29,873 nt of DNA, taken from IMG/VR virus record IMGVR_UViG_3300042294_000202, positions 1 through 29,873 of that record; one strand, 5' to 3'. Numbering within the stretch: position 1 is the stretch's first letter; every line of letters starts with the position of its first letter. Under the pieces are notes generated by a model that did not search any database, was not told the DNA's origin, and worked only from the letters and a program-made list of their open reading frames with translations. The translations under genes and the position numbers were made by a program. Shown one piece after another: positions 15,801 to 24,400 of the stretch. The stretch comes from a virus. Taxonomy: Duplodnaviria > Caudoviricetes.

Positions 15801-16414
15801 CGTTCCTTGTAGACACGCCTTACGTTACCGCTTACGTCCGTAATGAATTCCTATTTGACGAGAAAAGCGGGCATGGGGAATTTTCGCCATGCACGGTCTT
15901 TGGCTTCCGAAGCGAGCCAGCCCGAGTACCCATGTTCCAAGTCATGCTGGAGTGCGGCGCACAATGGGCGAGAGTCCCTATCCACATGATCTGCTCTAAG
16001 CCGTGCGACCCGCTGCCGTTAGAGGTATGCGTGTGGTGGGACAGTTTTAGCCGACATTGCACGGTTCACGAATTCAGTTTCCTACGCAATCACGCCGTGG
16101 ATTGCATGGGACGAGACAAGAAGATACGACACGGCAACTACCTGTTTACCGTCGATTGGTGCAACGGGGGATGGGCAGAAGTCCCCGATCAGCACAAAAA
16201 CCACCACATCATCGTAGAGGAATCAGGACAATGGTTAGCGTATCCGAACAACAGATTGATATGGAAGGACGACAGTTGGATAAAGACCGAGTTGCCCTTG
16301 CCACGCTGGAACTCACCATCCAAGACGTATTCAGCCGAGTTTTCGGCACAAGTGACTACAAGCTCTTTCGCCCCGACAGCCCAGACACCAGTAAAGCAGC
16401 GGCACGATCTATAG
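15797..16414 (+). CDS. Hypothetical phage protein
   Basis: ATG at 15797 with an ATGA overlap. YVRNEFLFD...GHGEF...GAQWARVPIH...WDSFS...YLFTVDW...HKNHH...YPNNRL resembles a family I recall from aquatic phages. Function unknown. Confidence 0.75.
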   Translation: MTFLVDTPYVTAYVRNEFLFDEKSGHGEFSPCTVFGFRSEPARVPMFQVMLECGAQWARVPIHMICSKPCDPLPLEVCVWWDSFSRHCTVHEFSFLRNHAVDCMGRDKKIRHGNYLFTVDWCNGGWAEVPDQHKNHHIIVEESGQWLAYPNNRLIWKDDSWIKTELPLPRWNSPSKTYSAEFSAQVTTSSFAPTAQTPVKQRHDL

Positions 16415-16629
16415 ACACCAGCCGACTAGAGCAGCTCGTTTATGAAACTATTAAGGGCTACGGTGCGGCAGGCTGCATTAGCGACGATGTTAGAGCCACC
16501 CATCCAACCCTTGCTTACAGCAGCGTTACGGCGCGGTTTAAGGCGCTGGCTGAAAAGGGATTGATACGGTACGACGGCAGCCGCAAAGGCGCTTCTGGAC
16601 GCTCACAGCGCGTTATGGTGGCCGTATGA
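16261..16629 (+). CDS. Winged-helix DNA-binding protein
   Basis: RPDSPDTSKAAA...GCISDDV...YSSVTARFKALAEKGLI...RKGASGRSQRV. Start is at 16231 or 16261. Confidence 0.7.
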   Translation: MEGRQLDKDRVALATLELTIQDVFSRVFGTSDYKLFRPDSPDTSKAAARSIDTSRLEQLVYETIKGYGAAGCISDDVRATHPTLAYSSVTARFKALAEKGLIRYDGSRKGASGRSQRVMVAV

Positions 16630-16739
16630 AATGGATTATCGACCTGTTCCGCAAGCTCAAGGCTAACCGTGACCGTGAATGGCGCTCTGTGCCAGCCCCT
16701 AACTGGCGCTGCTCTCGGGGAGGGCGCGATATATGGTGA
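16626..16739 (+). CDS. Small basic peptide, 37 aa (not in the ORF track)
   Basis: MKWIIDLFRKLKANRDREWRSVPAPNWRCSRGGRDIW. ATGA overlap; bridges to the next gene. Confidence 0.55.
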   Translation: MKWIIDLFRKLKANRDREWRSVPAPNWRCSRGGRDIW

Positions 16740-16936
16740 AAGACGATATAAGCCCGCCGGGAGCGTGGAAGGAGGAGATGGAGCGCATCCCTTGGGGGTA
16801 TGGTCAGAAACAGGGCGACAGGCTCTCTAATGCGTTTTTAGCCATGCGGCGCTTGGGGTTATACGATGAAGCCACGCTGCTAGAGTTGGAGATTAAGACG
16901 CTGCGTAACGAGATTGAGTATTTGCTGAACCGTTGA
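16733..16936 (+). CDS. Hypothetical protein
   Basis: 67 aa with a GGAGG SD and a C-terminal coiled-coil. Its TGA is the first three bases of the tRNA. Confidence 0.7.
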   Translation: MVKDDISPPGAWKEEMERIPWGYGQKQGDRLSNAFLAMRRLGLYDEATLLELEIKTLRNEIEYLLNR

Positions 16937-17008
16937 GGGATCGACTAACTGGCAAGTCACCAGACTTTGACTCTGGCAATGGTAGTTCGACCCTACCTCC
17001 CTCAGCCA
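16934..17008 (+). tRNA. trnQ: tRNA-Gln (anticodon UUG), 75 nt, CCA encoded
   Basis: Acceptor TGAGGGA/TCCCTCA, D stem GACT/AGTC, anticodon stem CCAGA/TCTGG with loop CT-TTG-AC (TTG at 16967-16969), T stem GGTAG/CTACC with TTCGACC, discriminator G, then CCA. Confidence 0.93.
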
Positions 17009-17196
17009 TCCCCCTCGGGCGGCCACTTAAACGAGCGGGTTTGCAAGAAATAGCGACCTTCGCACTTGCAGACCCCCTTTAAGTAATCTTTCACTTCGGG
17101 ATGCGAGCAGTAATACCCCTCGCCGTTGGCAGGACAAAAAAACACGCACAACTGGCACGGATCAAACCGCTGCCAATCTACCGATTCCGCATCCAT
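17002..17196 (-). CDS. Small Cys-rich protein (metal-binding candidate)
   Basis: MDAESVDWQRFDPCQLCVFFC...YYCSHP...VCKCEG. Likely start is ATG at 17196. Confidence 0.55.
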   Translation of the reverse strand: MDAESVDWQRFDPCQLCVFFCPANGEGYYCSHPEVKDYLKGVCKCEGRYFLQTRSFKWPPEGDG

Positions 17197-18239
17197 GTCA
17201 GGTATTCCGCGCCTTCTTTTGGTTCCCACCAAACTTTGATTAGGTCTGGATGGTCGGGCGGCAAGTCTGGGTTAATCGTGGTCAAGGCGCAAGGCGACAA
17301 GCAGTTATCGCGGAACCCACGCTCCTTGGCGTAGCGGTCATAAATCTTGTACGACGCCACTTTCATCGTGTGCATCGTTATGCCAGATATTGCATCTTTT
17401 AAAACGCTGTAGGCCGATTCGTGTTTATGGCCTGCGACATAAAGGTGATCGCGTGTCCCCATCAGGGCGGCTTTCATGGGGCCGTGGGCAGGGTTCCAAA
17501 TAGATGAACCAACGTGATCGTGGCGGGCGTTGACCCTAACCTCTGCGCCGTTAGGGAACCGCAACGCAATGCGAGCTTCTGACCCTCGGTACAGCGAGTT
17601 GTTGTATTTAGCGATCCATTTAAGCGGGTCACCCGCGCCTGACCACAAGTCATGGTTTCCGGCAATCATGTAAAGCCACCGGCAGCGGTTTACAAACCAC
17701 TCAGCCAACCGCCATGCCTGTGCGGCAGAGGTCGCCTGATCGCCGTAAAGCCTTGCTAAACGTCCGACCCAGTTGTTCGTGGTATCCCCCACCGAGCAGG
17801 CAAACAGCCCCTCTGTGGCGTTTACGAGGGCGGTGTGGCGTTCAATAGCCTCAATGTCGCAGCCATCGTCGTCAACGTGCGGGTCACCAAAATGTAGTAG
17901 GCCGATTGGGCCTGCAATTTTGATGCGTATGGGGATGAGCTTGGAGGCTTCTTCGTGTTCCCGCTTGTGCAAGAACTTGCGCTTGCGCTGCTCTATCAGT
18001 TCCTCAATTGGAACGTCGTCATTGGGGAGCGGGGTAAATTCAAACTCATCCCGAACTACGTTTGGGGTGTGCTGGTAGGTCGATCCGGGGACGTTTATAC
18101 CCTTGCCGTGCATATCCTGTATGCGATTCAGCAAGGTTCTGATATTAATTCCGAGCTTTTGTGCTGCTACCGACCTAACGCCTTTTGAGTCTTGTAAGGC
18201 TTGCAATATTTGTTCGTCAGTCGCCTTCTTTACGGTCAC
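17178..18239 (-). CDS. Calcineurin-like metallophosphoesterase with an N-terminal HTH
   Basis: Five motifs GDPH, GDTTN, GNHD, RHDH, GHKH. The N-terminal ILQALQDSKGVRSVAAQKLGINIRTL is a Fis-type HTH. Confidence 0.85.
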   Translation of the reverse strand: MTVKKATDEQILQALQDSKGVRSVAAQKLGINIRTLLNRIQDMHGKGINVPGSTYQHTPNVVRDEFEFTPLPNDDVPIEELIEQRKRKFLHKREHEEASKLIPIRIKIAGPIGLLHFGDPHVDDDGCDIEAIERHTALVNATEGLFACSVGDTTNNWVGRLARLYGDQATSAAQAWRLAEWFVNRCRWLYMIAGNHDLWSGAGDPLKWIAKYNNSLYRGSEARIALRFPNGAEVRVNARHDHVGSSIWNPAHGPMKAALMGTRDHLYVAGHKHESAYSVLKDAISGITMHTMKVASYKIYDRYAKERGFRDNCLSPCALTTINPDLPPDHPDLIKVWWEPKEGAEYLTWMRNR

Positions 18240-18453
18240 GTTTAGCCTTCCTCTTAACCGTGATCCCGAGTTCCTCTCGGCGTTTCGCGGTAACTTCTGG
18301 GGCTAACTCGGCTCTCCACTCCAAATGTCCGTCAACCAGTCTGTACTCTTCTTTGTGCGTTAGCGCACAGTCGCAGCACTCGGTATAGGTATAGCCCTTC
18401 ACCCTATACCAAGAGCCTTCGTTCATCTGCACAACGGGGATTTTCTTTGGCAT
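18217..18453 (-). CDS. Hypothetical protein with a CCDCxxxH motif
   Basis: 78 aa, containing TECCDCALTH. Lies between the lysozyme and phosphoesterase genes. Confidence 0.7.
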   Translation of the reverse strand: MPKKIPVVQMNEGSWYRVKGYTYTECCDCALTHKEEYRLVDGHLEWRAELAPEVTAKRREELGITVKRKAKRDRKEGD

Positions 18454-18454
18454 A

Positions 18455-18937
18455 TCAACCCCTCAAATACAATCTTTGCTCATCTCGCCTACGATTTACA
18501 AGTCCTTTCAATACCTTACCACCGGCTTTTGACCATTTCATGAACTCGTCAGCAGCAGCGTCAAACTCACCGCGGTTGTGCTTCATGCGAAGCCCAGACC
18601 TTTGAAGATTGCCCAAGCCCACGTTGAAAGCGAATGAAACGAGTGCGTCGAACCGGCCTTGATGATTAACAGCAGAAGGGCAAAGTCGGGCCACGCCGCG
18701 CTCAAACCGCGCAAGGTCTTGAGCAAGGATAGCGTCCACCTCGTCCATCGTGAGGCTGCGATCCCACCCCTCGGGTATCGGTAAATCCCGTCGTTCTGCA
18801 AACGGCACCTTGGCGTGGTTAGGATCAATAACGTGGCCGACCCCGACCGTCCATAGCAGGGCCGGACACCGATAAGGGCGCATCCTTACGCCCTCGTGAT
18901 GACAAATCATGTGGATCGCGGCAGGACTAACCTTCAC
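18455..18937 (-). CDS. Endolysin, GH24 (phage lysozyme)
   Basis: HEGVRMRPYRCPALLWTVGVGH catalytic region (E-x8-C-x5-T), FDALVSFAFNVG and GLVNRRRDE. Confidence 0.93.
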   Translation of the reverse strand: MKVSPAAIHMICHHEGVRMRPYRCPALLWTVGVGHVIDPNHAKVPFAERRDLPIPEGWDRSLTMDEVDAILAQDLARFERGVARLCPSAVNHQGRFDALVSFAFNVGLGNLQRSGLRMKHNRGEFDAAADEFMKWSKAGGKVLKGLVNRRRDEQRLYLRG

Positions 18938-19419
18938 TTTTTGCCAAAAGCCTGCGTACCAAACCAGAAAGCAATGATGCTGCTCAAAATCAGCATTTCG
19001 TCGTCAGAGAAAACTTCAGCCATTGCAGCAGCAAACGGCACACCCGTGTTGTAGGCATACCAGACGCCTGCAATGTTGATAGCGACCAGTTCCAACACAA
19101 AGATGTATGTCACAACCGGGCGCACCGAGGCGCGAAGGTTAATCATCCATTGGCTTGCGCCTTTGCCGATCTCAATGTCGTGCTGGTACAGGGCTTGGCG
19201 TTCCTCGCCTGCCGTCTGCGTTTGGATTTGCTCTAGCTTAATTTCCTCAACCCGTGCTTGCGCGATAAACCCCCGCTCTGCGAGGGCTAATTCACGCTCC
19301 TTTTGGGCGGCGACAAGGGCAAGCTCATGCTTTTTGTCTTGGCGGTCTTGGAAGATTTGCAGAATCTTGGGCAACCCACCGGCAAGGAACGACAAGAACG
19401 TGCTAACCATCGTCATCAT
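18934..19419 (-). CDS. Holin-like membrane protein (3-TM holin type)
   Basis: LRASVRPVVTY plus hydrophobic helices and IIAFWFG. Adjacent to the endolysin. Confidence 0.7.
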   Translation of the reverse strand: MMTMVSTFLSFLAGGLPKILQIFQDRQDKKHELALVAAQKERELALAERGFIAQARVEEIKLEQIQTQTAGEERQALYQHDIEIGKGASQWMINLRASVRPVVTYIFVLELVAINIAGVWYAYNTGVPFAAAMAEVFSDDEMLILSSIIAFWFGTQAFGKK

Positions 19420-19823
19420 TTGGAAGCCCTCACAACGTCGTCGCCCTTAGTAACGGTGACATGATCGCCTTCCACATCAACTCGCATTGGCAATTCCTTG
19501 CGGTCGAGCTTGTCTAGTTTGGCAATAAGTTCCTTAATAACCGCAAACTCGGGCTTTTCTTCCTTTTCCGTAGCCCCGGCAATGCCGTTGAGCATAGAGA
19601 TAAGAGCGGTTAGCGACGCACCAAGCAGCCCCATCACGGCAGCAATCTTGTCGCTGTCCAAAACAAGGCTAGAGGCCACGCCAATTACCACAATAACGGT
19701 GATGTATTTAAGGCCGTCCTTGCCAATAGCCTTGCCTGCAACGTCTTTAGCGCTGCTCTGCGCCTCTAGTCGCTGCAATTCGGCATGGGCTTGTTCGCGC
19801 AATAGCTGGATTTCGTCGGTCAT
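19416..19823 (-). CDS. Membrane protein in the lysis cluster
   Basis: Two hydrophobic segments (YITVIVVIGVASSLVL; IAAVMGLLGASLTALISML). Start is probably ATG at 19823. Confidence 0.7.
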   Translation of the reverse strand: MTDEIQLLREQAHAELQRLEAQSSAKDVAGKAIGKDGLKYITVIVVIGVASSLVLDSDKIAAVMGLLGASLTALISMLNGIAGATEKEEKPEFAVIKELIAKLDKLDRKELPMRVDVEGDHVTVTKGDDVVRASK

Positions 19824-20026
19824 TTCCACAACCAATCAACAATCTTGACGAAAAGGCCGCCCATAACTGCCGCAAACCCGCCCACAGCCATCAACGTGCG
19901 CCAGCCGCCCTTTGCCTCGGCAAGCATCAGCTTGATTTCGTGTACGTCCTTTTTCATTTCGGCCATGTCTGCTTGCAAGGTTTCAATTTGCGCGTCATGA
20001 CGGCCAATGTCCCGTGCCATTTCCAT
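19820..20026 (-). CDS. Small coiled-coil plus single-TM protein (holin/XhlA-like)
   Basis: AGGAGG SD. The coiled-coil is followed by GGWRTLMAVGGFAAVMGGLFV. Confidence 0.7.
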   Translation of the reverse strand: MEMARDIGRHDAQIETLQADMAEMKKDVHEIKLMLAEAKGGWRTLMAVGGFAAVMGGLFVKIVDWLWK

Positions 20027-20036
20027 GTTCTACCTC

Positions 20037-20411
20037 CTACGGACGCTCGTCAGATTGAACAGGAGCGGTCAAGATTTCGGTTTCGCGCTCTGCTGTCAGC
20101 AGGCCTTTTGACACCATCATGTTAAGGCCGGACTTGGTGCGCGGATCGTCTAAATTGACTTGGTTGACGATGTTAAACGTCTCTACCCATGCAGCCACCG
20201 AAACGTCGGTTTTGGCGGCAGTCAGGATGCCAACGTATTCCGCATCGGTTAGGCGATAACGAAGCGCCAGTTTGGTGACGATGCGAGGCGTGGTGACAGG
20301 TTCTGGCCCAACAAGGCGGTAATGCCCCGGATAATGCGCCTCCACAAACGCCTCATCCGCAATGATCGTGTTAACGACTTGGCCCGAATCGTTGAGTATT
20401 TCGTAAATCAT
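20037..20411 (-). CDS. Tail fibre-associated protein
   Basis: 124 aa following the Gly-rich fibre gene, containing VVNTIIADEAF...GLLTAERETEIL. Confidence 0.65.
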   Translation of the reverse strand: MIYEILNDSGQVVNTIIADEAFVEAHYPGHYRLVGPEPVTTPRIVTKLALRYRLTDAEYVGILTAAKTDVSVAAWVETFNIVNQVNLDDPRTKSGLNMMVSKGLLTAERETEILTAPVQSDERP

Positions 20412-20412
20412 T

Positions 20413-21456
20413 TTAGGTTCCTAAAAATTGGAATACGACAGCGCCCGTGCCGCCCGCGCCGCTGGTGATGCCATAGCCTTCCCAGTTCGTTACAACAGCG
20501 CCGCCCCCGCCGCCGCCGTAAGAACCGCCTGCACCACCGGCAAACGTACCGTCATACGTTGAACAGCCGCCGCCGCCAGCAAAAAGGCCACCAGCGCCGG
20601 GGCTTCCCGAGGATGTGTTGCTTGCAGACGCCGCACCAACGCCGCCGAGGCCGCCCGTGCCAGTACCGTCAGAACCGCCCTCTAACGCTGCACCAAAAAA
20701 CGCCAATGTGCCGAGGCCGATTGCAGACAATCCGTTTGTTTGAGCGTTAGTGTTATCAGGAGCTGCGCCGCCCGATCCACCGCCGCCTGTACGTCGAGAT
20801 GAATCGGTTAGGTTTCCACCGCCGCCGCCAACACCAGCGCCGCCTGTTCCCTTATAAATGGAAAAGTCGGTGGAAATATCGCCGCCGTCAAAACCTGTGG
20901 CTCCATATACGCCAACAGAACCACCACCCGTGGCTAACCCATATCGGTTGTGAGCAGAGGAGGCCGTGTCACCACCAGCGCCGCCAGTAATGTTCAAATC
21001 ACCGCCAGTTGCTGTGCCGCCTGTACCGCCAGAAACCGCGCTTGTGCTAGCAGAAGCTTGACCAGCACCGCCACCGTTAGCGGTCATCGTAGTAAAGCCA
21101 GTTCCGGTAATGCTTGAGTTACCGCCCGCGTTGCCGTTAGTCGCAGTTTCCACGTTTACTGCAATAGCAACCGCAGCGCCGCCCGCGCCAACGGTAACGG
21201 TTAACGAAGTGCTTGCCGCAAGGTACTGCCGCCGATAGCAAAGACCGCCCGCACCACCACCCGTTGCACGGCGAGCCGTCGTTTCGCTAGGAGCGGTGTA
21301 TCCACCTGACGCAGCACCGCCCGATCCACCGCCGCCGATAGCAATGACGTTGTACCAACCAGATGCCGGAACAACAAACGTGCCGGATGTTCTAAAGACT
21401 CTGGAGTTACTCGGGAAATTATTGCCGCCAGTAACGAATTGCGTAAAAACACTCAT
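20413..21456 (-). CDS. Glycine-rich tail fibre / receptor-binding protein
   Basis: FRTSGTFVVP...IGGGGSGG...GGxG repeats ...GAGGTGAVVF, the pattern of polyglycine-rich domains. ATG at 21456 overlaps the upstream stop. Confidence 0.8.
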   Translation of the reverse strand: MSVFTQFVTGGNNFPSNSRVFRTSGTFVVPASGWYNVIAIGGGGSGGAASGGYTAPSETTARRATGGGAGGLCYRRQYLAASTSLTVTVGAGGAAVAIAVNVETATNGNAGGNSSITGTGFTTMTANGGGAGQASASTSAVSGGTGGTATGGDLNITGGAGGDTASSAHNRYGLATGGGSVGVYGATGFDGGDISTDFSIYKGTGGAGVGGGGGNLTDSSRRTGGGGSGGAAPDNTNAQTNGLSAIGLGTLAFFGAALEGGSDGTGTGGLGGVGAASASNTSSGSPGAGGLFAGGGGCSTYDGTFAGGAGGSYGGGGGGAVVTNWEGYGITSGAGGTGAVVFQFLGT

Positions 21457-22427
21457 GTCAGAACCCATCCTCTGGTTGAATCGGCATAACGTAACTGCAC
21501 CGCCGCGTAAGCCGCATTAAGTGTCATATCTTCCGCGAGCGATTGTATATTTTGCGAGTTACGAGCAACCACGTTTGTTGTGAGCGAGTTCGCAACAGTA
21601 ATATATACCGTGTCGCCTGCTGACGGGCTTGCGGGCAACGTAACGGTAGTTGCAGATGCGTTAGTCAAAACGTACTGATTACCGGCTACGGCAGTTTGCG
21701 TGGTTCCGCTAACAATGTTCATCACCGGCAAACCAGCGGCAGCAATCGTAATTGATCCCGCACCATTGGTGATGGTAACTCCGGTGCCTGCCGTCAAAGT
21801 TGCTTTGGTCAGCGTGTTGCCGGTCGTGTTACCGATCAGCAACTGGCCGTTGGTGTAGCTTGTTTGCCCCGTACCGCCATTTGCAACGGGCAATGTCCCG
21901 TTAAACGTATTTGGGCTAATCATCTGGAATCGAGTGCCGTCATATACAACGACAACGATTTCTCCAGATGCAATGTCTCCAGCCACTAACGCCGTTGATC
22001 CGTCGCGGGTAACGGCTTTGGCACCAAGGCTGTTGATGTTGAGCGTGACAGCGCCGGTATTGGTTCCTGCGGCCACGAAATAGAACATCTGACCGGCAGC
22101 GTAGGCCGTAATGGCGGGCGTTAAAGCGCCTGTAATCGTGTCTGCGCCGCTGATACCGCCGATTAGCTTGGCTGCCGTGCTTTGCGCTTGGGCAAACGTA
22201 GCGGCGTCCGTGGCGTCTACGGCAGAACCCAACCCGGTGATGCGGTTGCTGCCCATCGGGATGTTGGCCGTGGGCGTCGTTTGACCGTCTTTGGTGATAC
22301 AGGTGGAAAGACCCGTGGCAAGGTCAGCGGTCAGGGCGTTAAAGGCCGTGCTGCTAATGACGGTGCCTGATACGACAGGCTGCCCCGCCGTATTGATGAG
22401 GAATGTACCGGAACCGTTAAAACTCAT
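21453..22427 (-). CDS. Proximal tail fibre with an N-terminal virion anchor
   Basis: MSFNGSGTF...DLATGLSTCITKDGQT anchor, NTGAVTLNINSLGAK collar-like segment and TVTLPASPSAGD domain. AAGGAG SD. Confidence 0.8.
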   Translation of the reverse strand: MSFNGSGTFLINTAGQPVVSGTVISSTAFNALTADLATGLSTCITKDGQTTPTANIPMGSNRITGLGSAVDATDAATFAQAQSTAAKLIGGISGADTITGALTPAITAYAAGQMFYFVAAGTNTGAVTLNINSLGAKAVTRDGSTALVAGDIASGEIVVVVYDGTRFQMISPNTFNGTLPVANGGTGQTSYTNGQLLIGNTTGNTLTKATLTAGTGVTITNGAGSITIAAAGLPVMNIVSGTTQTAVAGNQYVLTNASATTVTLPASPSAGDTVYITVANSLTTNVVARNSQNIQSLAEDMTLNAAYAAVQLRYADSTRGWVLT

Positions 22428-22438
22428 TGCCCGCTCCT

Positions 22439-24400
22439 TTAGCGATTTTGATAAATCGACGTAGTGGCCGCACCACCCGCGCCGCCGATTGCTGCCGCTC
22501 GTTGCGCTCGTTGCTCGTTAAGCCGACGCACAACTTCCTCAAGGTCAAATACATCTTGTTGGGCTTGCGGGCCACGCTGCATTAGCGCTTTGGCAAGTTG
22601 ATTGCGGGTTCGCTCTGGCATTTGAACGCGATTCAGCGCCCTAACTGCTTGAGTCGCCATTGTGACCGGAGAACCGCCTGTGGCAGCAAAATCCAAAGCT
22701 GGTTCAATGTCTAACTCACCCGCCTCAAACATTCTTGGCACACTTTGTGATCCGCGCCCAAATACATCTGCCTCTCGCATGATTCGCTCGGCATTGACGG
22801 TTTCATAAAACTTGGCAAACGCATCTGGAGAGCCAAACGCAATTTCTAGTTTCTCCCGTGGCACAAAGTTTTCCACAAGGTTCATCATTTCCGTTCTACC
22901 GGCAGATGAACCGCCAACCTTGTCACGAATAGCCTCAAACAGGCCAATTTGGAACGCTTCCTTTTCCGATTGCGTCATTGCATTGATGGTTTTACGCAAC
23001 GAATCGCCAGATACATTGCGATTCAAAGCTGTTTTGCCAACCGTTGCGGCCTCAATCAATGCGCTTGGGCCTGCATATTCTTCCAACGCTTGCCCATAAA
23101 GAGAGTCTTTGGTCTTTGGATCAGTTGTTAATCGAACCAAGTCTGATTTTAAGCTGTCACGCAACTCAATAAGTGAACGGCCTAGCGGGCTATACTTACC
23201 CTCAACAGGATCGTAGTTTTTACCAATAAGCGTGTCCAAACCTTGCTTAATACGGTCAAGGTCAGAGACGTTAAACTCAAGCGAACTGACCTTATCAGGA
23301 GTCAATGACCAACCCGGCAAGCCTTTAGTTATACGCTCGTTTTCCGCGATGTCTTGCGCCACCTTGGTTGCGCCAAGGCGATTTGCCTGCTGCACAATTT
23401 GGGCTAACCGTCCTGACGGGTCAGTAACCTTTAATTGATAAGCTTGCGTGTAAAGCGGCGCGGCGTTAGTTGAGCGTTGCATTTGCAAATCTTCAACTGT
23501 TGAAGCAAGGCGCTTGCCGCCCGTTTGCAGCGCTTCTTGAGCAGATGACGCCATACGCTCGCCACGGCCAGCGCGGCGCGTTTGCACTTCTTCAACCAAT
23601 TCAGTTCTAGCGCGACCCGGCATTGAAGATAACAAATCAGCCATTTTACGGGTGTTTTCGCCTACGTCGTACAAACGGCCCTCTGGGCCTAACTTCCTCA
23701 TTTGGTCGTTTACATACGCCGCAAAGTCGGTGCCGTAGCTTTCTGGCGCATCCCGCATCAATGCTTGAGCCAATCGCTTTTGCGACTCGCTAATGGCGAC
23801 ATCCTCTGACATTCGCTCGCCCACGTTGCGAACGATAGGCCCAGCAATGTTAGTTACGGCAGATGCGCCAGCGCCGCCAGCACCGCCAAGCAAACCAGAT
23901 GTCAAAATGTCTTTATAAAACTGTTCTGGCGTTTCGGCTTGAGAATAACCAGCGCCAGATATAACGCCTTCTGCCGCGCCTGTACCGCCAGCTTGCAAAA
24001 TACGCGCTGCTGGGCTGATTTCTCGGGCCGTGCCGCGTGTGGTTGCGCGAACAGCCGCACGGGGCATAGACGCCAAACTAGCGGGAACGGCTCCAAGCAC
24101 CTCCATACCAAACGCAGTTTTAGGGTTTTCTTCCTCAAATTGCGTCGTAGCGCCGCGCACCATTTGTTCGCCTTCCGGCCCCATAGCCTTTGGCGAAATA
24201 CCAAATGACAGCACTTCAGCGGTTTTTAGCGCCGCTCTTGCCCAAGGCGGCATGGTGCGACCAACCTTAAAGCTCTCTGACTCTGCCTCGGGGATCGGCC
24301 CCTGTTCGTGAGTCATAGCCTTCATCTGCTGAAGTTCTGCGTAACGCTTTTGGTCACGCAAAAATTGCAGTCGTGCTTGCTCCTGTGGGGTAAGCGCCAT
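22439..24400 (-). CDS. Internal virion / DNA ejection protein
   Basis: 653 aa, helical, with Gly/Ala hydrophobic segments. Sits between the tail hub and fibre genes as in P22-like phages. Confidence 0.65.
   Translation of the reverse strand: MALTPQEQARLQFLRDQKRYAELQQMKAMTHEQGPIPEAESESFKVGRTMPPWARAALKTAEVLSFGISPKAMGPEGEQMVRGATTQFEEENPKTAFGMEVLGAVPASLASMPRAAVRATTRGTAREISPAARILQAGGTGAAEGVISGAGYSQAETPEQFYKDILTSGLLGGAGGAGASAVTNIAGPIVRNVGERMSEDVAISESQKRLAQALMRDAPESYGTDFAAYVNDQMRKLGPEGRLYDVGENTRKMADLLSSMPGRARTELVEEVQTRRAGRGERMASSAQEALQTGGKRLASTVEDLQMQRSTNAAPLYTQAYQLKVTDPSGRLAQIVQQANRLGATKVAQDIAENERITKGLPGWSLTPDKVSSLEFNVSDLDRIKQGLDTLIGKNYDPVEGKYSPLGRSLIELRDSLKSDLVRLTTDPKTKDSLYGQALEEYAGPSALIEAATVGKTALNRNVSGDSLRKTINAMTQSEKEAFQIGLFEAIRDKVGGSSAGRTEMMNLVENFVPREKLEIAFGSPDAFAKFYETVNAERIMREADVFGRGSQSVPRMFEAGELDIEPALDFAATGGSPVTMATQAVRALNRVQMPERTRNQLAKALMQRGPQAQQDVFDLEEVVRRLNEQRAQRAAAIGGAGGAATTSIYQNR

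Noticed and set aside
16934-17008. tRNA as a prophage attachment site or host boundary
   Set aside because: Phage genes lie on both sides, no duplicated tRNA 3' end was seen, and no integrase is present in the window.
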